Source of the DNA: Aeropyrum pernix K1
GTDB taxonomy: Archaea; Thermoproteota; Thermoprotei_A; Sulfolobales; Acidilobaceae
NCBI RefSeq assembly: GCF_000011125.1
Contig: NC_000854.2
Coordinates: 1,350,001-1,382,000 of the forward strand
Direction of reading: 5' to 3'
Length of the DNA: 32,000 bases
Position numbers and translations under genes: made by a program. The notes beneath the pieces were generated by a model. The model made no database searches. It was not told the origin of the DNA and worked only from the letters and a program-made list of their open reading frames with translations. This document shows positions 25,066 to 32,000 of the stretch, one piece after another. Each line of letters starts with the position of its first letter. The first letter of the stretch is position 1.

Positions 25066-27768
25066 TTACAATACGTTTTCCAGCGCGTCGGCCAGCAGCT
25101 CTTCTACCTTGTCGGCAGAAAGCCTGCCTTCAACTCTTAGGCTTGCGTAGCTCCCTCTACCGCCTCCGCGCCCTCCAACCTTCTTTATTACTATTTTCAC
25201 TAGTGCTCCCAGATCGACCTTCTCGGCGGCCTTTGGGCCTGCGGCTATCTCAACCTGTGTGTTGCCTTCGTTTTCAACAACTAGAGCAGCTATGAGGTCC
25301 TCGTGCCTTGAAGTTAGCTTTCTGAGTATCTCTTGAACAGTCCTCCTATCCTTCTCGAGCGACTCTACAGCCAGGACCTTAACACCATTTACCCTCCTTG
25401 CCCTGGATATGTAGGCTTCTTCAATAGTCTTGACCCAGTAGTCCCTATACCTCTTGAGGTCCTCCCTGGCCTGCTCGAGACTGGCTATAAGGCCCTTAAC
25501 CCTTGCCTCCTCCTGCCCCCGCGGCGCTTTTACGGCGTCTCCTATGCGGGCGAGCCTCTCCTCGAGCTCGCGGGCGTAGATGGCCACCCTATCCCCGGCT
25601 ACATACTCTAAACGTACAACTCCGTCTTGTATCCTCGAGTAGGATATTATCTTGAAACCCCCTATTTCCCCCGTGTTCCTAACGTGGGTTCCGAAGCAGG
25701 CCTCAACATCCCAGTCTTCCACGAACACTAGCCTAAGCCTCTTCTCCATGGGTACTCCGCCTTGGTATATTGTGAAACCATACTTCTCCTCCGCCTCATT
25801 CTTGTCCACCATGTCCTCCCAGACCCTCCGCCTCTCCCTTATAACCTGGTTTACAACGTTCTCGAGCTTCTCTATATCATCCCTGGTCAGCGGTCTGTGG
25901 TGGGTTATGTCGAGCCTGCCCTTCTCCTCAGTCTTCTCAGCTCCAGCCTGCCATGCGTGGCGGCCTAGCACCCTCCTGGCGGCCGCTATGAGCACGTGGG
26001 TGACTGTGTGGTGTCTCATTATCGAGTAACGCCTCTCCCAGTCTATCTCCATCCAGACCTCGTCACCTGGCTCGGCGGCTATCTCCCTCTCGGCCACGTG
26101 GACGATGGCGTCACCCACCTTCTGGACGTCAATTATCCTGTACTGCTGGTTGTTAACCCTTATCACGCCCGTGTCGTGTATCTGGCCTCCCCCTGTCGGG
26201 TAGAATATTGTCGAGTCTGCTACGAGATATCGGCCCTTAACCCCCAGCACCCGGGCTTTCCAGGCCTTGGCGTAGGGGTCCTCATGGAAAACCCTCCTAG
26301 TCTCCCCGAATCTCCTCGCCCACTCCTCCACATCCCTAGGGAGCCCCGTCTCATCGAAGCCATAGCCCCTAATCTTCTCAGGCCCCCTGTGCCTGGCGGC
26401 TACTAGAGAGTAGAAGTTGTGGGGGACCTCGACAGGCGCCCCCCTGCTCGCGGCTATCTCGGCGGCTATCTCAGGCGGCACGCCCATGCTGTCGTAGAGC
26501 CTTATCAGGTCATCCACTCCAAGCCTCTTCTTCCTCTTCAACTCCCTCTCCACGATACTCCTAGCCTTCCTCAAGACATCGCGGAATCTCTCCTCCTCAA
26601 GCGATACAGCATCGAGTATATAGTCTAGGTTCTCCTTCAGCTGGGGGAAGTCTCTCATCCAGAATCTCGCCTGCCTCTCTACAAGATCGACTAGCGGGAC
26701 TTCCGCGTTAAGCAGGGACAGCTGCCTTAACGCCCTCCTCACCACAAGCCTGGCTAAATAGCCCTCGCCCGAGTTGCTTGGAACTATGCCGTCGCCGAGC
26801 ATGAGAGCTATGGTCTTGGTGTGGTCTAGAACGCTATACAGCCTGGCCTCCCTGGTGAGAATAGACCTAACAGTCTCAACGTCCCCGCCAGCTAGGGAGG
26901 CGACAGTCTGGTAGTAGTTTCTCAGGCTTTCAGGATCCTCTGGGTCTAGGAAGCCTGCGACCCTGAATGCAGCCCACATGACATTTTCATCGGGCTTCTC
27001 GACCCCGAGCATCCTCCTGAAGTCGTCCACTAGGCTGCCGTATATTGCGTGGAATGCGGTGGGCGTCTTCTGGGTAAACCAGGCGAGCCTCTCAACCCCA
27101 TAGCCGGTGTCCACTATCTTAAGAGGTATCTCCTCGTACCTACCATCGACTACTCTATATTTCATGAACACCAGCGTGGCTAGCTCTAGCCCTCCAACGG
27201 CCACCTCAAAGCTAGGGCCAGCGTTACCACCGCCTTCCCACCACGACTCCTTGAACACTATGAGCTCGGGAGGTATCCCGAGGACCTGGGTGAAGAACTC
27301 GAAGGCGAGCCGGACAGTCTCCTCCTTCCAGTAAACCTGCCTGTCGGGATAGTTGAAGGCATGGTGTGCCGCCATCTCGAACGATGTTAGGTGCCTCCCT
27401 ATCGTTATTCCAACGTTGTCAATATCCTCAAGCCTTATACTCGGCTGGCTTATGACAAGGGGGTTAGCAGGCGGCGGCACTAGACCGCTGGTGACGTGGG
27501 GCTGGAAAACTACGATACTAGCTATGGTGAGGTAGAGATCTTCCCTCCACCTAGCAACCACGGGCCTCGGGGGAACCCTTGTGTGGCCGTGCTTCTCGAA
27601 GAAGCTTAGAAAAGCCTCGCGCGCCTCTCCAACGCTCATGCCGCTTACAGACTTGACCTTGTCGAACCAGTATTCGACACAGGGGGTGTCCTGAGGCTCG
27701 CTGAACTCTGGGTTTAAAGTCCAGAACGCCTCCCTACACCTAGCACCCTCCTTCCTGACGAAACCCAT
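25066..27768 (-). CDS. alaS: Alanyl-tRNA synthetase (archaeal type)
   Basis: 900 aa. Class II core (PANPLVISQPSIRLEDIDNVGIT..GRHLTSFEMAAHHAFNYP), editing-domain HxxxH/CxxxH elements (MRHHTVTHVL ... ACFGTHV) and a C-terminal DHHA1-like domain. Confidence 0.97.
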   Translation of the reverse strand: MGFVRKEGARCREAFWTLNPEFSEPQDTPCVEYWFDKVKSVSGMSVGEAREAFLSFFEKHGHTRVPPRPVVARWREDLYLTIASIVVFQPHVTSGLVPPPANPLVISQPSIRLEDIDNVGITIGRHLTSFEMAAHHAFNYPDRQVYWKEETVRLAFEFFTQVLGIPPELIVFKESWWEGGGNAGPSFEVAVGGLELATLVFMKYRVVDGRYEEIPLKIVDTGYGVERLAWFTQKTPTAFHAIYGSLVDDFRRMLGVEKPDENVMWAAFRVAGFLDPEDPESLRNYYQTVASLAGGDVETVRSILTREARLYSVLDHTKTIALMLGDGIVPSNSGEGYLARLVVRRALRQLSLLNAEVPLVDLVERQARFWMRDFPQLKENLDYILDAVSLEEERFRDVLRKARSIVERELKRKKRLGVDDLIRLYDSMGVPPEIAAEIAASRGAPVEVPHNFYSLVAARHRGPEKIRGYGFDETGLPRDVEEWARRFGETRRVFHEDPYAKAWKARVLGVKGRYLVADSTIFYPTGGGQIHDTGVIRVNNQQYRIIDVQKVGDAIVHVAEREIAAEPGDEVWMEIDWERRYSIMRHHTVTHVLIAAARRVLGRHAWQAGAEKTEEKGRLDITHHRPLTRDDIEKLENVVNQVIRERRRVWEDMVDKNEAEEKYGFTIYQGGVPMEKRLRLVFVEDWDVEACFGTHVRNTGEIGGFKIISYSRIQDGVVRLEYVAGDRVAIYARELEERLARIGDAVKAPRGQEEARVKGLIASLEQAREDLKRYRDYWVKTIEEAYISRARRVNGVKVLAVESLEKDRRTVQEILRKLTSRHEDLIAALVVENEGNTQVEIAAGPKAAEKVDLGALVKIVIKKVGGRGGGRGSYASLRVEGRLSADKVEELLADALENVL

Positions 27769-27996
27769 CTCCTTAAAGAACTCTAGCTTATACTCGGCGG
27801 GGTCTACCTCGACCAGTCTTCCACACCCCTTGAATCAAAGAACTTAGTGCAGGGGGGCTAAATGTGTCTCAACACTAAAACAGGCGAGACTTCACTGCAG
27901 GCCTAAACAAAAGTTGGGCGGCGGAAAAGTGTGCGGGAGTGTTGGAGAGAAGAAGGAGGTAATAGCGGGGCCTGGCCGATTTTGGTCTGCCAGCTC

Positions 27997-28332
27997 TCAG
28001 AAGCCGAACATGCCTGAGAGGCCGGAGAGGTCGACCTCTTCCTCCTTCTTCTCCTCTTCCTCTTCTTTCTTCTCCTCCTCGGCTTTCTCCTCTGCTGCTG
28101 GTGCCGCTGCCGGGGCGGCCGCTGCGGCTGCCACAGGAGCCGCCACGGCCTGCTTCAGCACTTCCTCCAGGTTAACCTCCTCCAGGCTGGCTACTAGCAT
28201 CTTTATCTTTGCCTCGTCGACTTGCATGCCGATGGCTTCAGCAGCCTTCTTGAGGGTCTCTTCGTCTATCTTGCCGCCCGCGTAGTATATGGCCAGGGCG
28301 AGGTGTATGTACGCCTTGCCCTCCTGAGCCAT
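27997..28332 (-). CDS. rpl12: Ribosomal stalk protein P1 (archaeal L12)
   Basis: 111 aa. N-terminal dimerisation helix region, Ala/Pro hinge, and an acidic tail ending EEEVDLSGLSGMFGF. GGTGAT Shine-Dalgarno upstream. It occupies the last position of the L11-L1-P0-P1 cluster. Confidence 0.95.
   Translation of the reverse strand: MAQEGKAYIHLALAIYYAGGKIDEETLKKAAEAIGMQVDEAKIKMLVASLEEVNLEEVLKQAVAAPVAAAAAAPAAAPAAEEKAEEEKKEEEEEKKEEEVDLSGLSGMFGF
28043..28120. repeat. Copy 1 (in P1/L12 gene) of a 78-nt perfect direct repeat shared with the P0 gene
   Basis: TCCTTCTTCTCCTCTTCCTCTTCTTTCTTCTCCTCCTCGGCTTTCTCCTCTGCTGCTGGTGCCGCTGCCGGGGCGGCC read at both 28043-28120 and 28432-28509. Confidence 0.9.
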
Positions 28333-28385
28333 GTCATATCACCCTAATCCTCTCCCGAATGTCACCTATTCGCCCTAATAAGGGT

Positions 28386-29420
28386 TTAGAAGCCGCCGAA
28401 TATGCTGTCGAGGCCGCTGAGCTCTTGGTCTTCCTTCTTCTCCTCTTCCTCTTCTTTCTTCTCCTCCTCGGCTTTCTCCTCTGCTGCTGGTGCCGCTGCC
28501 GGGGCGGCCTCCTCTATACCGAGTTCTCTTGCCTTGTCGCCGAGCAGGGCCACCACTGCGGCCTCCTCTGCTATGGCCTTCCTGACTACATCCTCTACGG
28601 TTCCAGGCGCTATGAACCCTGTCTCGGCAGCTAGGGCGGAGGCGGCGAGAGCCGCCTTCACTATGGCTGACTCTACAGCCTCAGGCACTGGCATATAGAC
28701 GATCTCCGTTGCGAGGCCTAGGGCCTCCTTTGCTGCGTCTATTACATCGCCTCTGAAAGCCTCTATGTCTGGCCTCAGGAGGTCCTCAGTTATGAGCACG
28801 CCCCCGTCTATAGCGAACTTTACTCTAACTCCCTTCTCAATGGGTCTTATGCCCAGAGCCATTAGGAGGCCTGCTAGGTCTTCGCTTATAACGTCGCCTG
28901 GCTTGGCAACGACGGTCTCCTTTGCAATGTATATCTTACCGCCCCTAACCTGATACTGTATTCGGAGCTTTCCAAAGACGCTTAGTATGGGCCCGGGGGT
29001 GAGGTTTGTCATCCCCTCGGGTATCCTGATCTCCGTCTCGGCTTTATCCCCTGGCTTGACGGGCATGGCGACCTTCTCCTTCTCAACCTCCTTAACTATT
29101 TTGAATGGGTTGCCGTCGGCGAAGACTAGGAGCATCTGCCCTCTGACTAGATCGTCAAGCAGATTATCATCCAGCTCCAGGCCAGCAGCCTTCATGGCCC
29201 TCAGTATGATCCTCTTCTTAGCCACCATCATGGGATACTTCTTCCACAGCTTCTTCCTAACCCTCTGCACCACGAAGGTTGGCGTTCCCGTAAGGTCTGC
29301 AAACAGCACTACCCTGTGCTTACTGAAGAGTTCTTCAAGCTCCCTAAGCATGAGGGTCTTCCACTCGGGTATGGGCTTCTCTCTCTTATACATCTGACCC
29401 ACGAGGCTCACTACACTCAC
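28386..29420 (-). CDS. rpl10: Ribosomal stalk protein P0 (archaeal L10)
   Basis: 344 aa, GTG start 4 nt after the L1 stop. L10/P0 core, then a hinge and an acidic tail ending EDQELSGLDSIFGGF. Confidence 0.95.
   Translation of the reverse strand: MSVVSLVGQMYKREKPIPEWKTLMLRELEELFSKHRVVLFADLTGTPTFVVQRVRKKLWKKYPMMVAKKRIILRAMKAAGLELDDNLLDDLVRGQMLLVFADGNPFKIVKEVEKEKVAMPVKPGDKAETEIRIPEGMTNLTPGPILSVFGKLRIQYQVRGGKIYIAKETVVAKPGDVISEDLAGLLMALGIRPIEKGVRVKFAIDGGVLITEDLLRPDIEAFRGDVIDAAKEALGLATEIVYMPVPEAVESAIVKAALAASALAAETGFIAPGTVEDVVRKAIAEEAAVVALLGDKARELGIEEAAPAAAPAAEEKAEEEKKEEEEEKKEDQELSGLDSIFGGF
28432..28509. repeat. Copy 2 (in P0/L10 gene) of the 78-nt perfect direct repeat
   Basis: Identical to 28043-28120, and the flanks diverge immediately on both sides. 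Confidence 0.9.
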
Positions 29421-29424
29421 CCCA

Positions 29425-30078
29425 TCAGCCTATGGCGGGGACCTCTACCGGCGGCCCCATGGTCTTCTTGACATAAATCCTGGAGATCTTACCCCGGCCG
29501 AGCCTATTCTCTATAACCTGGAGTACTGCGAGCGCGTTCTCGGCAAGCTCTCTAGGACTCATATCCTCCGTTCCAATCCTGGCCATGACCTGGGGCTGGT
29601 TTCTAATCCTAACCCATACGGCAGCCTTATACCTCTCTATCAAATCCTTTATGTTAGCGTTAGGCGGCACCGGTACGGGAGCCTTACCCCTAGGCCCAAG
29701 GGCAGGGCCCAGTATACGGCCTGCAAGACCCATGAGGTCTGCTCTCACTAGAACCCAGTAGCACCTCCGTGCCAGCTTCTTAACCTCCCTCTTATTCTGT
29801 GACAAGTTCTGTAGGTCCTGCCTGTTTAGGACCTCGACGCCAGCCTCCTTAGCCTGGAGCTCCATGTCTCCGTGCGCCACTACACACACCTTAGCCTCCT
29901 TCGGGGGCCTGTTGGGGAGGAATACCGTCTCCCTTATCCTCGCCTGCGGGCTCTTCAAATCTATATCCTTGAGGGCAACTATAATCTCTACTGACTGCTT
30001 GAACCTCTTGCCCCTGCCAAGCTTGAGAGACTTGTCTATAGCCTCCTCTATGCTGGCGAGCACCGTTTCCTGCGACAA
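29425..30078 (-). CDS. rpl1: 50S ribosomal protein L1
   Basis: 217 aa with full-length L1 similarity (FKQSVEIIVALKDIDLK ... LGPALGPRGKAP). TTG start preceded by GGGGGGTG. Confidence 0.95.
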   Translation of the reverse strand: MSQETVLASIEEAIDKSLKLGRGKRFKQSVEIIVALKDIDLKSPQARIRETVFLPNRPPKEAKVCVVAHGDMELQAKEAGVEVLNRQDLQNLSQNKREVKKLARRCYWVLVRADLMGLAGRILGPALGPRGKAPVPVPPNANIKDLIERYKAAVWVRIRNQPQVMARIGTEDMSPRELAENALAVLQVIENRLGRGKISRIYVKKTMGPPVEVPAIG

Positions 30079-30123
30079 GCATCACACCCCCTATTGGCCT
30101 AGAACAGCATAGGGGATATATTA

Positions 30124-30450
30124 TTAGCCTTCCGCCTCCTCCCACTTCTCCTCGTACTTGGCTAGGACTGCGTCGTAAACACCCTCATCAACCTGTCTCG
30201 TAACTTCCTTGGGGTCCTTGCCGTCTACGGTTACACCTATACTCCTGGCCGAGCCTAGTATGGTCTTAACAGCTGCCTTCAGCGTCTTCGCGAGCAGGTC
30301 CGGCTTCTTCTCGATGGCAATCTCAACAATCTTCTCGAAGGGTAGGTCCCCTATCTTCTGGTGGATAGGATCCCCGCTGGGCGCCTTAGCGCTCACCGCC
30401 TTCAGCAGCAGCTCGGTGGTGGAGGGCTTCACCTGGCTTCCCTTTACCAT
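30124..30450 (-). CDS. rpl11: 50S ribosomal protein L11, C-terminal (rRNA-binding) domain only; N-terminal domain not encoded at this locus
   Basis: 108 aa. The whole length matches the L11 C-terminal domain ([11 protein letters not shown]...[11 protein letters not shown]...[40 protein letters not shown]). ATG has a GAGGGTG Shine-Dalgarno 8 nt upstream. In-frame stops at 30472-74, 30484-86 and 30490-92. Confidence 0.85.
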   Translation of the reverse strand: MVKGSQVKPSTTELLLKAVSAKAPSGDPIHQKIGDLPFEKIVEIAIEKKPDLLAKTLKAAVKTILGSARSIGVTVDGKDPKEVTRQVDEGVYDAVLAKYEEKWEEAEG

Positions 30451-30532
30451 AACGCTTACACCCTCAGAGAGCTAGAGTCGTACCTAGGGTTAAATGCGTA
30501 AACAAGCCGGGGCGTCGCCGGGTGGCTCGGGC

Positions 30533-30991
30533 TTACTCCTCCACGGGCCTGACCTCGTCGATGGGTATAGTGGCGGTGGCTCTGAAGAGCGGCTCGAGCA
30601 GGGATACAGTGACCTGGCCCTTTGACTGGTTAACGTCTATAACCCTAGCCTTCATGCCCTTGAACGCTCCAGCAACTATCTCGACAACCTGGCCTGGCTT
30701 CAGTGCGGGTATCTCCACCTCAGGCTTTACGAGTTTCATGACCTCCTCGAACTTGAGTATGAGGGGCCTCCTCCGCTTTACATGTCTGAGCCCCCTGGTA
30801 GCATCGTACACGTCGCCAGGGTCGTGCGCCTCAAGTATAACATAGCCTTTTATCCGGGGGGGCACTATTATGCTCCTGATGTCCAGTCCTAGGGCTCTCG
30901 CCCTCTCCGCTATTATAGTGGCTACGTTGACTTCGGCACCGCTTGTGACTAGTATGGCGTAGAACCTAGCGTCAACACCTCCCTCCAACAC
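30533..30991 (-). CDS. spt5: Transcription elongation factor Spt5 (archaeal NusG)
   Basis: 152 aa. NGN domain (FYAILVTSGAEVNVA...GYVILEA) plus KOW motif (GQVVEIVAGAFKGMKARVIDV). GTG start 3 nt after the secE stop. Confidence 0.92.
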   Translation of the reverse strand: MLEGGVDARFYAILVTSGAEVNVATIIAERARALGLDIRSIIVPPRIKGYVILEAHDPGDVYDATRGLRHVKRRRPLILKFEEVMKLVKPEVEIPALKPGQVVEIVAGAFKGMKARVIDVNQSKGQVTVSLLEPLFRATATIPIDEVRPVEE

Positions 30992-30994
30992 CTC

Positions 30995-31177
30995 TCACCC
31001 CGAAGTCAGGATTATATAGCCTAGGTGTATCAGGTATCCTATCCCGCCTACTAGAGCAAACCCCAGCAGGTTTAGTTTTAGGAGCAGCGAGTACTCCTCC
31101 TCATCCGGCTTCCTGGCCAGGGTCAGTATACGGCGCCAGGCTACTATGTACTCTCTAGCAATGTCGACTATACCCAA
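30995..31177 (-). CDS. secE: Preprotein translocase subunit SecE (Sec61 gamma)
   Basis: 60 aa. Amphipathic N-terminus (RILTLARKPDEEEY) and one C-terminal TM helix. Conserved position directly upstream of spt5. TTG start. Confidence 0.85.
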   Translation of the reverse strand: MGIVDIAREYIVAWRRILTLARKPDEEEYSLLLKLNLLGFALVGGIGYLIHLGYIILTSG

Positions 31178-31200
31178 TACCCTGTGGCACCCCCCTAAGC

Positions 31201-31725
31201 CTAGGATCTTCTGAGCCTACTAAGCTTAATAGCCTCCTCAAGGGTTTTCCTCATATTCCTCCAGTGCGCCCCCTCCCAATACACCTTGCCACAGCGGGTG
31301 CAGACGTAGAACTTGTCTACAACCCTATATGTGGCCTCCGGCACCCTATCCCTCACTGCCTCCTTATCCACAGGCTCGAGAACGCCGTTGCAGATGGGGC
31401 ACCTGCTCCTCTCCGGCTCGAGCCTCAGGTCCAAGCCAGCCTTGGCTGAAAGCTCGGCGAGCCTCTCCTCTGTAGAGAGGGATTCTATGTAGATGGATTT
31501 TAAACCCATCTTCCTAGCCTTGCTGTGCAGCCATCTGTCCCTCGTTACGATAATCCTTCCAGAACTCTTAGCTATCCTGAGTATCTGCCAGTCCGAGTAC
31601 GTTCTAGAGTAGAGTGTATCATACCCCATTAGCCTAAGCCACTTAGCCAGGCTGCCGAGCATCGAATCTACTATGAACCTCGCCTCTCCAATCTCCTTAT
31701 CTCCCCTCCTGCCCACGGGTCTCAC
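31201..31725 (-). CDS. Mut7-C / DUF82 family PIN-like RNase-domain protein with C-terminal zinc ribbon
   Basis: 174 aa. FIVDSMLGSLAKWLRLMGYDT ... IIVTRDR ... CPICNG ... CTRCGKVYWEGAHW is the characteristic DUF82 layout. GTG start (31725 or 31716). Confidence 0.85.
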   Translation of the reverse strand: MRPVGRRGDKEIGEARFIVDSMLGSLAKWLRLMGYDTLYSRTYSDWQILRIAKSSGRIIVTRDRWLHSKARKMGLKSIYIESLSTEERLAELSAKAGLDLRLEPERSRCPICNGVLEPVDKEAVRDRVPEATYRVVDKFYVCTRCGKVYWEGAHWRNMRKTLEEAIKLSRLRRS

Positions 31726-31822
31726 CGTCCAAACGGGCGAGAGTTGAAGGATACGTGCCTAGGGGGTACCGAGGTAGTTGGAGGTGGCAGTTGGTGATGA
31801 GGCTGGAACTGCGGTTGAGGAG

Positions 31823-32000
31823 TTAGCTACTCTTTTTTGTTAACAGGAAGTTGGCGAGTTCTAGACCGCTTGTGAAGCCCACCGGCTTCTCGCTATCCAC
31901 AACTACCACGGCTCTGTACCTCTTCTCCAACATCTTCTCAGCCGCCTCAGCGAGGCTTGCATCAGGCGTCACTACAGGTGGCCTCATCCTTATAGCGTCG
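31823..32000 (-). CDS. CBS-domain protein, 3' end (partial; continues beyond the window)
   Basis: Minus-strand frame reads DAIRMRPPVVTPDASLAEAAEKMLEKRYRAVVVVDSEKPVGFTSGLELANFLLTKKSS, with stop TAA at 31823-25. The pattern is typical of a CBS motif. Confidence 0.6.
   Translation of the reverse strand, partial: DAIRMRPPVVTPDASLAEAAEKMLEKRYRAVVVVDSEKPVGFTSGLELANFLLTKKSS

Noticed and set aside
27914-28698. Plus-strand ORFs 27914-28285 and 28402-28698 encoding Ser/Ala/Phe-rich low-complexity proteins
   Set aside because: They are antisense shadows of the GAA/GAG/GCN-rich acidic tails of the P1 and P0 genes. Their similarity to each other only reflects the 78-nt repeat. They have no Shine-Dalgarno or promoter and no protein-like composition.
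29891-30145. 84-aa minus-strand ORF spanning the L11-L1 spacer and the 5' end of the L1 gene in another frame
   Set aside because: The product is Gly/Arg/Gln-rich with no protein-like features. It overlaps the well-supported L1 frame and the L11 stop region. It was considered as a possible upstream extension of L1 but is out of frame.

Overview
Gene-dense stretch (roughly nine-tenths coding) of an archaeal chromosome. It most resembles a hyperthermophilic crenarchaeon (Desulfurococcales-like). That placement is an inference from the archaeal secE-spt5-L11-L1-P0-P1 ribosomal cluster, an archaeal-type AlaRS, TATA boxes about 25 nt upstream of start codons (leaderless mRNAs), frequent GTG/TTG starts, GGTG-type Shine-Dalgarno motifs and Glu/Lys/Arg/Val-rich proteins. 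Content is mostly housekeeping and metabolism: TAXI-type TRAP solute receptor, OsmC-like protein, AIM24-family protein, two tatA paralogs plus tatC, glutamine synthetase, Lhr-type helicase, PrpD/MmgE-family protein, Thi4 thiazole synthase, a stomatin-NfeD operon, an EcfT/CbiQ-like permease, MBL-fold hydrolase, acyl-CoA dehydrogenase, amidohydrolase, CstA transporter, ArsA/Get3-like ATPase, AlaRS, the ribosomal cluster, a Mut7-C/DUF82 RNase-like protein and a CBS-domain gene fragment. I saw no rRNA, tRNA, CRISPR array, transposase or integrase by eye. Points that deserve a second look: (1) the gene in the L11 slot encodes only the C-terminal RNA-binding domain, and the whole N-terminal domain is absent from the locus; (2) the ArsA/Get3-like ATPase is split by a frameshift at an A5 run and also has a deviant signature motif; (3) an ECF/Cbi-type ABC ATPase upstream of an intact-looking T component has in-frame stops and no Walker A; (4) a perfect 78-nt repeat is shared by the 3' ends of the P0 and P1 stalk genes; (5) a 468-bp non-coding gap carries three copies of a TATA-like motif, a tandem 9-mer and mutually exclusive hairpins; (6) there are several uncharacterised proteins, including a surface protein with a coiled-coil stalk and a HEPN-like/MNT-like fusion. 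All functional calls come from reading the translations by eye, with no database searches.
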